From Ptychomitrium polyphyllum (Eukaryota), in assembly GCA_973851085.1 (NCBI GenBank), contig OZ316776.1, positions 11,470,001 to 11,534,000 on the forward strand: a stretch of DNA of 64,000 nucleotides, written 5' to 3'. Of the stretch, positions 53,701 to 64,000 are shown one piece after another; the first letter of the stretch is position 1, and each line of letters begins with the position of its first letter. A model generated the notes under the pieces. That model had not been told where the DNA came from. It ran no database searches and saw only the letters and a program-made list of their open reading frames with translations. Both the position numbers and the translations under genes were made by a program.

Positions 53701-54856
53701 AACTGCACGGAAAGATCTTTGAATCTGCAGTCGTTTTGGCTATTGTGCTCACGTAACATGTCGGGCTGGTGCAGACACTGATTGAAAGCTGCCTTCAACG
53801 GCGCAACCCATATAATATGGCAGCTGCCAAAAAGCTCCTGGTATGTGTGCTTTTACAGAATTTAAATACTGCCTGTTGTGTAGCATTATTCTTGTTGGAA
53901 AGATGAGTCTGATATTTTGTGCCGGTGCTGTTTTTTTCTCAGGATCAAATGAATGAAAGAGGTTTTTTTTTGAACACGAGTATTGGATCCAACTTTCTTT
54001 GGCTTGCTTCCTTGGATACAGTATGCCCTCTTACCTGTGCCCTGTGCGTTTCTTAGAAATTACTCTACCTATGCCGTTGATATGTTGAGCAACATGATGT
54101 TCAAACTTTTCATTGAAGTATCAATTTCTATTGGATAATTCCAGCCAGACAGATTCTTGCGCACATAACATTATATGTGAAGTTCGAAATTTAAATGGAA
54201 GCAAGGTCAATGCTAACTATACTGGAAGGTGGATACCTGATACCCACGTATTACTAATGTTACAGGTGGGAGACTTTTCCACAGCGAATACAGTATGGGA
54301 TATGATGCAGAAGCGGAATCTTCGGCCCTCTGTCAAATCGCTCACGTTCTACAGTACTGGCTTACAGGTTAGCTCGAACACCTTATTTTTGTATATTTCT
54401 TCTGCGCTTCTAAGACCTTGCTAACGGTTCATTCTTCCTGTATTTCCCCTATTGTCTCCTTTTTAACATTAGTGATAGTTTTTACAAAGAAATCCATATG
54501 TGATATTTTCATATCCAAACAATAAGTTCTCATTTAGTATCTATATGATATGATGCTATGTGCAGGCAAGAAAAGTCCCTGAAGACGATCCTAGGCTAGT
54601 AGCTACTCTAGAAATCCTTGCTAAAGCACAAAAGAGGGGCAGTTGGGTTCGTGGTGCCCAAACCGAGACACCAAAAGAAGGTGATCGGGTGCAGGAACAT
54701 GAAGAAGTTATGCACCTTGGTGCTGATGGAGATGAATCCTCTATGCAAGATCCTGTTGCCGTAGACGATGATGTTGAAGATCAAACCACAGAGCTTGTTG
54801 CTGCAGACGGTGAAGCTGAGCACCAAAGTAACGAGCCTGTTGCAGCTACTACTTAG
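50763..54856 (+). CDS. P-class pentatricopeptide-repeat protein, probably mitochondrial, At4g35850-like (~548 aa); exons 50763-50852, 51389-51441, 51635-51790, 51912-52074, 52243-52308, 52514-52611, 52812-52929, 53035-53229, 53325-53401, 53508-53601, 53775-53840, 53943-54020, 54266-54367, 54566-54856
   Basis: PPR motifs include FDEMKGLGLQPDIVLYNCMISTCGQ and EMEANGMKPTHRTFLALLNACG. The RNYANN..EYN and RDVYDDM.LDGV blocks are recalled from At4g35850. The N-terminus is Arg-rich. 1647 nt in frame; exons 1-2 are less certain. Confidence 0.88.
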
Positions 54857-55902
54857 GCTTTATAGCCTTTCCCTTGCCCTAGGGGGCAGCAGCATAGTTT
54901 TGACAGATCAGAACAAGTATGAGGCACTGTTTCAGCAATTGGGTTTTCTCAATGATTCGTAAGCTCATACGAGGAGAAATTTAATTATGCGGATTGGTTT
55001 GCGGTGATCAGATTTGGGATTCATGGGTTCCATGGAAGTGGGCGACTCCTCCAGGGTGATTTCGCCATCATCTACAAATTCTTGGATCAACTCTCAAAAC
55101 AACCACAAGTTGCTTCTCTCATTGGAACTGCTGAAGTCGTGGAACGTAGATTTAAGTGGTTTTTCCTCACGGTTACATGGAGTTCATCTGGTGGACAGTA
55201 TGGTGAAAGACTCGGACCTTACACAGTAGTGGTAGTCAGTTTTGTGTTACGTTAATTAGAACTCTGTTAGGTTATTGCTTGTCCCTCGATCGGCTTGGAG
55301 TTCGACAGGGTAGATACAGTTTAGCCTTGACACAGTATCTAATGCGCTGCATGGGGTATGTTCTTGAGGAAAAAGTAGTAACTTGCAACTTCTCCCACCA
55401 TTTCACTGCTTTTGTCTCTAGCCAAATGTGAGTGAGCTGTCCTTGGTCGTTGTAGTGATTACCTATGGTTAACTTTGCGTTCCAATTATATTATTCGCAC
55501 GTTGACATCGAGTGTTACATTGTTTCCTATGTTCTCTCTGTATGAGAACTCTTGCTCTTGCTCATGCTCTATTCCTTCAGTTTATTCCTACAGTACCATA
55601 CCTCACATGCAGAAAGACGTTGAGATTTCAGGTTAGAACAAAGTTTTCAGTGTTTCGTTCCGTGTGAAACCTAACCCAGCACATAGAAAACGAGGAATCA
55701 CTTTGCCGCATACGTTTCAGTTTTTGTGTAGTGTGCACCTAAGAAATTCGCAGGAAACTAGCTTATATAGAATTACGCCCTGCGGACTTACATTCCAGTT
55801 TTGAACAGCACTCCTGAACCCCATGATACTACGGATCAAATAATTGAGTAACATTGATAACCATAGGGTTGTAAAGAGACAGGCACCACAAAAAATGTAC
55901 AG

Positions 55903-56402
55903 AAACAGCAAGCATTACACAAGCTAAATCCAAAACACAAACCTTCCCATCAAAACACAACCACTCTGCCAACTCTTTCACACCAACCTACTTTCGCCAA
56001 ATCCTCAAACAACTCATAGCCCCAATGCCAGTCAAGCAGGTGGAAGGCAAAAAAAATTGAGCAGAAAATGAACTGCCATCGCAATCACACCCTTCCACTG
56101 ATATCTGGAAAGCTGAACAATCCTGTCCTCATTTTCAAAGCATACTAACCCCTCTGCGTCTGAGAATGCCATCTGACTGTACCCCTGTCCTCATGCCGCA
56201 CTAGTTCTACAATTCTATACACCCGGGTAGACTCGAGCTGAATGAGCCTATATTTCTAGAAGTGCATTGGGAAATTTACATGAATGATCATCGGTGAATA
56301 CTCAGAGCAGAACGAAAGCTGAATTCCCAGCTCCAGTGCAAGCTACTTGAGGTGAGGTCGGAACCACCGCAATGCTCAGAGGAGCACAATCAATGGAAGT
56401 GT
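55903..56402. repeat. 500-bp direct repeat, copy 2 (likely the 3'UTR of the 56461-56997 gene)
   Basis: 499/500 identical to 43621-44120. On the minus strand it begins 58 bp downstream of the stop codon at 56461. Confidence 0.97.
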
Positions 56403-56460
56403 GAAACACAAAAGATTAATTAGAACCTAGAAATCTGGTTAAGTTAACACAGGATCTTCT

Positions 56461-56997
56461 TCAGTCTAAGAAATCCGAAGATGTGGTAGATAAGCGCTGT
56501 GGCTTCTTGGACTTGTCAAGCTTGAACTCCGAGTCTACTTCGTCGCAGATTTTCAACGCTAGATACATAAACTGGTAAAACAGGGGATGGGACTGAACAT
56601 CGCAGTACATCGACTGACTCTCGAGCAACTCGCGGTTGCCTTCCACTTTTTCGTTAGTTGCGGTTTCATTCATCCCGAACCCCTTCGTCTTGGCTGTGGT
56701 GGACTTAGCAATGCTCCTAAGCTGCTGGTGGATGCTGCTGGTGGAGGTGCAGGCGCCCCCTTGAGCATGCTGACGAAACAAAGGATATTTGGGGTCATCA
56801 TCTTCACCTCGTGACGGTGTTGCCTCGCCACGAATTGGAGTAAATCGCTTCCTGTCCCCATATATTCTCAAATAATCAGCTCCGCACAGCAGTCTTGCAC
56901 TGGAGTAGTACTGTGAGCCTACCATTGCTCTGCAAAGGCGATCGCCTGAGCCAGGCAAGGTCGAGGGCTCAAACAGAGCAGCTTGATGAGTTCCCAT
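56461..56997 (-). CDS. Hypothetical protein, 178 aa, single coding exon preceded by 5'UTR intron(s)
   Basis: A plausible acceptor GTCGCAG|G lies about 20 nt upstream of the ATG, and a donor-like GTATGT is near 57736. The ORF sits in a gene-like GC island. No recognisable domain. Confidence 0.5.
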   Translation of the reverse strand: MGTHQAALFEPSTLPGSGDRLCRAMVGSQYYSSARLLCGADYLRIYGDRKRFTPIRGEATPSRGEDDDPKYPLFRQHAQGGACTSTSSIHQQLRSIAKSTTAKTKGFGMNETATNEKVEGNRELLESQSMYCDVQSHPLFYQFMYLALKICDEVDSEFKLDKSKKPQRLSTTSSDFLD

Positions 56998-59900
56998 GTC
57001 GGTGTCAGTTACAAACCTGCGACATCGTTTTCCATAGTGATTGCAACAGGAAGTTAGAACCCCCTAAAAGACAACCAGTAACCATTGCCAAATCAAAGCA
57101 GGTGCCAGAAGCTCCGATATGCTCCTCACAAACACATTAATGAACACAACCACGATCCGAATTAACCATGCATCAAATCAGTCCCAAGACGACGCCTTTC
57201 TAGAGATAAGGAAAAAGGATGTACAACCGAAAAGAGCCTTCGATTCTTCGTGAACAACATCGTAGACAACATCAACTCTCGAGGATCTAAAGCTTCCTAA
57301 GTCGTCCTGCAATTAACCTATATACCTCCAATTAAATTGCAACCGCGAATTCTATACTACAGATCGTGCGCCATCGAGTCACAGTACAATATTACATTAC
57401 CATGCCCAGGCGGATCATTACGTCATGCCCAAAGAGATTGGCTAGTTAGGAAAAAAAAGCTTCAACCAAGCTCCACGAAATCCCAGCAGAAAGTACTCTA
57501 ACTCTGTACAGAACATAGCTCCGTTGCAAAGCTATACTCAGCTACGATCTACCTCGGATTTCCCTCGTCTCCTGCTCGACTGGCTCACAGCCAAATCCGT
57601 GGATCGTCTCCCCAAAACGCCGACCCCCTTATCATCCACATGCAGCATGTAACTAAAAGGCATACCAGAACGATTCAATGACTGTGATCCATACACCAAG
57701 CTGGAAGAGATGATTGTGGTGTGGGAGAAAACATACCAGCAAGAGCACCTGACGATCAAAGCGCAAGGGGAGCCGCAGCGACGGCTGTATGTCCAGAACT
57801 GCACAACACTGGAGAAGGCGAAGTGGCTGCCCTTTTGTGTTCCTCTCGTAAGCCGTCAAAGAAGCAATTTTCTATCTGCTCCTGCCCGTGCCCTCAATAA
57901 GTGGCCTTGATGGCTAGCCCTGCCTGTAATTGCGTCTCGCGAGGTGATTTCTTTTAGTTTTAGAAAGGACACTTGATGATTATCTTGCATGACAATGAAA
58001 CGTGACGATGTTTCGTCGTGTCTAAGCGCATCGTAGAATCTGGTAAACTAGTATAAGTCTTAGAAAACTGTTTGGCCAGACCAAAACCTCAGCAGGGCCA
58101 ACGTTTTATTGTTTGTGAGTTTTCTTTACTGAGTGTAGGTTGATTGTTCTAAAATTACATATTGAAAAAAAGTTGTGCAGGGTAGAAGGCTGGACTACTA
58201 CAGTAACAAGTTTAGTATTTTACGCTAGCAGACTTCCAGATAGCCGGCCCAGGTGACCTCAGCTGTGACGAGACGTTTTGTTTGATTTTCGCAGTGTCAA
58301 TAATGCACACGAGCTTACCCCTTGGGTCAATAAAAATATTGTTGAAAAAGTCAACCGGCTCAGTGACTTCTACTCTCTTCCAACACTGAGGTTCTTAGCC
58401 ACACAAACACATACATACAGGAAGTGTGGCTTTGTAGCATCTTCTTAGAAGTCACGCTGTGGGAATAGTATGTGTTTCGTGCACACTTCGTATTTGTTAT
58501 AATAGTTATTATTATAATATTCTAAGAACTATTATATAATTTTATAGAATATTTGTAGGGAACTGATATGATGTTTTGAGGAATATTTGTACACATGAGG
58601 GCTTTGAAGCCTATGGCCTAAGAAATTCATGAAAGTATTCCTTTGATGTTATGTTGTTAATACTAGAGTACCATTCATTGCAAACATTATGTCTTGAACT
58701 TTAAAACCTTGGATCTATCATCATGGAAATAAATCTATGTTTTGATGGTCTATCTAGCTATTGTGCTCAATATACAATGTTATTTTTTCCTTTTATTTTT
58801 TTGAAACTTTGTATGTTTTTTATATGCTCTAATTTTTTTCAAAGTCATTAGTTAAAATATGAAACTATTTTGGTAAAATGAATTATTGAATGAAAAGTGA
58901 CCAAAATGGATAAAAAATAATAAATCAATTATATTTTGGCTATGTAGGTACTTTAAGGTTAATTGGTGTCAACATGAGTATTTGCTTTATCTTGCATTGT
59001 AAGATGTTTTTGCACTTTGTCTTTGATTTTAAAATAATTTTTTTGGCCAAATCAAGTCCAAAGGTTTTAAATAATGGTATATGATAACCTACAAAAGTAT
59101 ATTAGGAAATCCTTTTAAATTAGAACACATACTCACATTTATTTAGTCTTAGAATTACAATTCCTTAGAAAAATTACCATTGGAAAGAAAAATAAATAAA
59201 CTAATATAAGGTGCTTTAAGATACTCAAACTACAAGGTTTTAAAGTAACTATGCCAAGTGGAATTATTAAGGAGCAAAGTTTTTGTTAATTAAATTGTGG
59301 AAAGGGGCCAAGGTTAGGTATGACGTAGAAAGAATGGGTGACATGGCAAGGAATAAATTTACTTATTCTATGTGAATTACTCTAGGACAAATAAATCACA
59401 AGAACATATGTGACATGACAAACTAAAATGCATATATGTAATGAGATGGACATCATGTATTAGGAGTAAAGGAGTTTTATGATATAGAAAATTAATTAAG
59501 CATTCTATTCATTATGCACGACATTAACTTACTAAGTAGCAAAACAGGTAACTTATTTTCATGCAAACCAGAACGTCCTTCTACAATGGATTAAGTTGGA
59601 TGAAAACAATTATTGTGGGAACACTAAATTTAAGTCCACTGCAATTAATCATTCAAACAGTACTGGCCATTTTGTGCAGGAGGCACTTTGCCTTGCCTTG
59701 GAATATTTAACTCTGTCCTTGTGATTCTGTAGTACATTAGGCTGATCTGCGTATACATGAGGGAAACATGTTAACCTTTTTGGAGCCCAGGTGAGTACTT
59801 TGTGGATGCTAAATTGAGAAGAATGCTTGTAATTCTAAATCTATAGTGAATCGGGTTTTAGAGTGCAAGGTCCAAATTTCTGATGTTACATATTTTCAAC

Positions 59901-60727
59901 ATCATAAATTACATCCAATTTCAATAATTGTGATGTTTTCAAATATAAGTGTGTATAGTGATATTTACACATATACGTATAATATCCTCAAACACATGAA
60001 TTGTACATTGTTGTATATCTTGTACTTTGGAAGATTTGACTTTTTTCAAGAAAAAAACTCGGAAACACATTCTTTTCTCTGAAACTCAATGTGTTGTAAG
60101 TGCTACAATTTTATGTATCCAATTTTAAGCAAGGAATGTAAGTTGAGCATACATGATAGTTGAACTTTCTTAGTAAATTTTGTGCAAACATGATTCATTA
60201 GTGATGTGTGTTGTTAGTATACCTACATGATATAATATTTTTTTTAACTCATAAAAAACTTACTTATTTCCAATTTAGTACCCTCTTCAAAAATTACATT
60301 TAAAATTCACAAAACACATTACAAATACACATTGTAAGATTTCAATAGCCACATCAGATACTTCCAGTCTTTTTTATGTACAAAGAACATAATATCAATG
60401 ATTAAATTGTACGATTAGACACCACATTTAGAGGTTGCAATTTTGGCAAGATCCATCAATATCAAAGAGAATCAAGTTCTCATTACAAAACAGTTTAGCC
60501 TCCAAAGGATAAATCTGATAGATTTTTTCCAAAACAATCATTTTTGGGAAGATGAAGAACACTAGTCCTTCCGCACAAACCAAACAAAACATGTATCCAT
60601 TATCCTTTGGATCAAGAGAAGCAAATATAGGATGGCCGAAAGGACATCTCTTCATGTTACTGTTTGTGTCTGCTTTACAATAGAAGTCAAGACCAGTAAC
60701 CTTACATTTTGTTTCCAACCTATGCGG

Positions 60728-60768
60728 CTGGGGCTGGGGCTGGGGCTGGGGCTGGTGCTGGGGCTGGG
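60728..60768. repeat. (GGGGCT)n hexamer repeat
   Basis: ctggggctggggctggggctggggctggtgctggggctggg. Confidence 0.9.
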
Positions 60769-63700
60769 TAACAATAGAATAATGAGGCGCACAAGAGCTG
60801 TTGTCATGGGGTTTTGGTCACTGAGGTATCACAAAAGAATAGTTTTATGGCTGCAGGGACATGAGGCGCATCTTATGCACATAACTTCAACTTTGAAATG
60901 TTGCATTCCAATTCGTTCACAATTCGTTCCCTAGGGCTTGTGCTAATCACCAACCTTTGCACAGCAGCTTTGCTGTGTGGTTCATGTCACTTTGTCTCTT
61001 GGCTTCCCAAGCTTCTGGATGACCACTGTCTGTCCCCATTCACCAATTCCACCACAAATTCCACCACAGACCATCAGGCTGGAAAGTGTCATTTTGTAGA
61101 TTTAAAGTTGAGGTCAAGTTGTAGCAAATTTAACCTTGACGTCAACTACAGAATGAAAGAAATGTTGAAAAGAAATGGCCTTTCATTCTGTTTTTACCCA
61201 ATTTTTGGAGTTGGAATTGTGTCATATCAAGGATTAGATTCAATAACTTCTGTCACGAACTTATTTGAGTTATAAAGTTAGGATTGCACACTTGAAAACA
61301 TTTAAAGATATTTTCAAAAAGTTCTTAAGTTCAGCGTTATTTGTATCAAAAATTTATATTATATGTGCCATCAACTTGAAACTATATCTTTAAACGTTTC
61401 TTTTCATACAAAGTAGCACTTCGATATTTTTTTGAAAATTTTAATTTTCAATATTTGAAATGTTTATTTCGAACCTAAATAAACCTTAGGTTTCATTTTA
61501 AAGTAGCCTTCAAAGCAGTAAGAATTGGGCCTAATGCTCCGCCTCAAGTAAATGCTTCAACCACTAGCTGACCAAAAGGTGGGCTTCATATTGCATGAGC
61601 AATTTGTTGTACATATAAAGGATTTAATACCCACACTTCAAAATTACCTTGCTAAGCTACATGAAATAAATTAATGGATGTCAATAAATAAATAACTGCT
61701 AGCTAACCAAAGTGAGAAGCAAAATATTTTTGATAAAGACATTTTTCAATCATATCATCATGACTTTCAAAATTAATTTTTTTATAAAACTTGTGAATCT
61801 GTAATTACAAATAAAACAAAATTTTACTGTTTCTGACAAAAAATTTCTAAAGTCAGATTAGCTCAATAAAAATTTATTAAACTTCTTTAACTAATTTAAT
61901 AAAATTAAGTTGGAATTGATGGACTTGAACCAGCAAGGCTACATATCAAAATGTTTTGGAAAAAATCTTAAACATCTTAGCATCATAAATGAAAAGGCTA
62001 ATGCATAATGGACAAGCAATTTTCATGACAACCTTGAATTTCTAAAATATACAAATAAAAGCTTGAATGACAAGGACATCTTTTTATGCTACTATCTTCA
62101 AAATGTACAATAAAGCCACAATATAAACTCATAGGGAATTAAATATTTAGGAATGACTCATTCATTCATTTAAATACTAAATATGTCTTTGAGTTCATTT
62201 TCATCTAATATGAATTGGTTTTTATCTACTTCTTATCCATATAGTTACACTAATTCTTATATAGATGATAGTCTTGCTACAATATCCAATGATTTTGGTG
62301 TAGCAATATTGAATTGAAATGATGCAAAAGTGGACAAATAATACACAATAGAAATATCAAAACTAATTAAAAAGAATAAAGTATGTGCTTTCTACAATGC
62401 CTATATTATCTTTGCTATGCAATTTAATCTAAAACTTTGAACCAATTTCACAAATGCAATAGTTTGAATTTAAAGGCATGTTTTAGCTTATTACAATGTT
62501 CTTGTCATTACTTAAAAGATTTGATAAAGAAATGAATTAGATACAATTTGAAATTTGTAATATATTAAAGAAAAAAAATGATATAAACAATTAGCTATTG
62601 ATTCCTTTCATAGGAAGAGCAAAGTTCTAAATGGTGCCCTTCACATTATAAAAGAAAAGAAAGTGGATGTGGACAAAACCTACCCTCCATTTCTGGCCGT
62701 ATGGACTTCATTTAATAATTTTTAAAACCCCATTGATTGCCAAATCGCCATGGCAAGTACTTTAGCATAACTTGAGGCCTAATGCACCAAATTTTGCAAA
62801 AACAGCATAAAGGTCCTGCAAATTAAGTAGGCTAAACAATGGGGCTCATGACTCATAATGTGGAAGGGGCCATTGTACAGTAGAGCTGGGCCTCATTAGT
62901 TCAATTCACTTCGCAGTAACTGTGTCAGTATCACCTCACCAAACACACGAACTTTTAGCAACGTCTGGTCCACGGCAATGTCATGCTTCTCTCATTCCCA
63001 AACGAATGTTGAACCGTTGAAACACTGAAATCATGTAATTCCTGAGAACACACAACTTACAGTAGTTGCACACCCAGTCCAGCAGACAAAGAATAGCTTA
63101 GAATAGCTTTCAAAGAATCAGAATCTTCCCAGGAGGAAAGGAAGAATCGTAATCTTGGAAAATGTTGGCTTCTAAACACTTCAAAAGCCCAAGAAAATAC
63201 ATTCAGCAGCCACAAAAGTACATGCACCTACTATGTTTTTATCAGGAAAGTTTCCTATAAGACATCAAACCTCTAGTACAAGACTACCATACCTCAAAAG
63301 CTAAACGACCACTTCCTAAAATTACCGAGGACTAAGAAGTCGCAACATTTTATCTCACGAAGATATAATAACTGCACATGATCGAGACATTTACAGAATC
63401 TTCCGAGAAATAAGTTCCACCGTCTCAAGTTGATACAACTTACCTCTAAAAATATGAGTTTGCCCTTGATCGTATCTAGTGCCAGAAAAAAACTACAACG
63501 AACTACAGATAACCAAAAAATCTCTTCTGAATTCTATAAGCGAGGTAAGGATATGAAAACATCCACTAACCATTCAAGTCACAACGCGAATCTACAAAAA
63601 GCTGAGATTTCGCACTAGTCAAAATCCAGCCAGGTCTAGTTTTGCTTACAACCTCCAGTGCTTGCCCCCCTCTGGTCATTTTTGATGATTTCATCAACAT

Positions 63701-63829
63701 TCTCTAGCAAGTTGAAGCAGTCAAAAAATCAGCTGACGCTTGTGTGTGACAACCAGAGCAGAGCTGATGTGATTGTGTAGGAGAATTCAATGAATGCTGA
63801 TCCCTAGTGATGAGTATCCAGAGCTTGAA

Positions 63830-63943
63830 TCACTTTGCAAGCCAGTACAGGAGAATCAGAATAAAGCAAAGGGCTGTCACCGCCCCAACTATGAGCGTAT
63901 CACGAGATTTTCGGCGCCGAATTGCAGTCAATACTTTGTTGAC
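63830..63943 (-). CDS. GOS1: Last exon of a Golgi SNAP receptor complex member 1 (GOS1-type Qb-SNARE); the rest of the gene lies beyond the window
   Basis: After a TTGCAG acceptor the frame reads VNKVLTAIRRRKSRDTLIVGAVTALCFILILLYWLAK*, the typical GOS11/GOS12 basic patch plus tail anchor. Not listed in the ORF track. Confidence 0.85.
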   Translation of the reverse strand, partial: VNKVLTAIRRRKSRDTLIVGAVTALCFILILLYWLAK

Positions 63944-64000
63944 CTGCAACAAGGACAAAGCAAGGATCAAAATTCACCATGTGTATCCATTACATATATG

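Noticed and set aside
43621..56402. The 500-bp repeats as LTRs of a retrotransposon
   Set aside because: No TG...CA ends, PBS, PPT or TSD; the interior holds intron-rich host genes, not gag-pol.

Overview
Eukaryotic plant genomic DNA. It is most likely a moss, inferred from intron style, gene islands separated by very AT-rich spacers, and a bacterial-type short tRNase Z. Reading GT-AG junctions by hand gave complete, frame-consistent models for these genes: an ATI3-like protein with a C-terminal ATG8-interacting motif (3499-5440,+), an intronless Q/N/P-rich protein with an AT-hook and a divergent C-terminal Dof-like zinc finger (6272-7603,+), a SWI3D-type chromatin-remodelling subunit (8715-13719,+), the urea transporter DUR3 (20956-23678,-), two tandem alpha/beta-hydrolases (30592-32271 and 37866-39438,+), RPS20 (39997-40940,-), and a 14-exon tRNase ZS (45838-50339,-) head-to-head with a 14-exon PPR gene (50763-54856,+). 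Also present are an orphan ORF (56461-56997,-), the last exon of a GOS1-type Golgi SNARE (63830-63943,-), a GDSL-lipase pseudogene and an F-box ORF. The main unexplained features are an exact 500-bp direct repeat (one mismatch) bracketing the tRNase Z/PPR pair; a duplicated symmetric exon pair and a 16-nt microexon in tRNase Z; the non-canonical AT-hook+Dof protein; and a bryophyte candidate for the reportedly dicot-specific ATI3 autophagy receptors. All homology calls come from motif recognition, not database searches.
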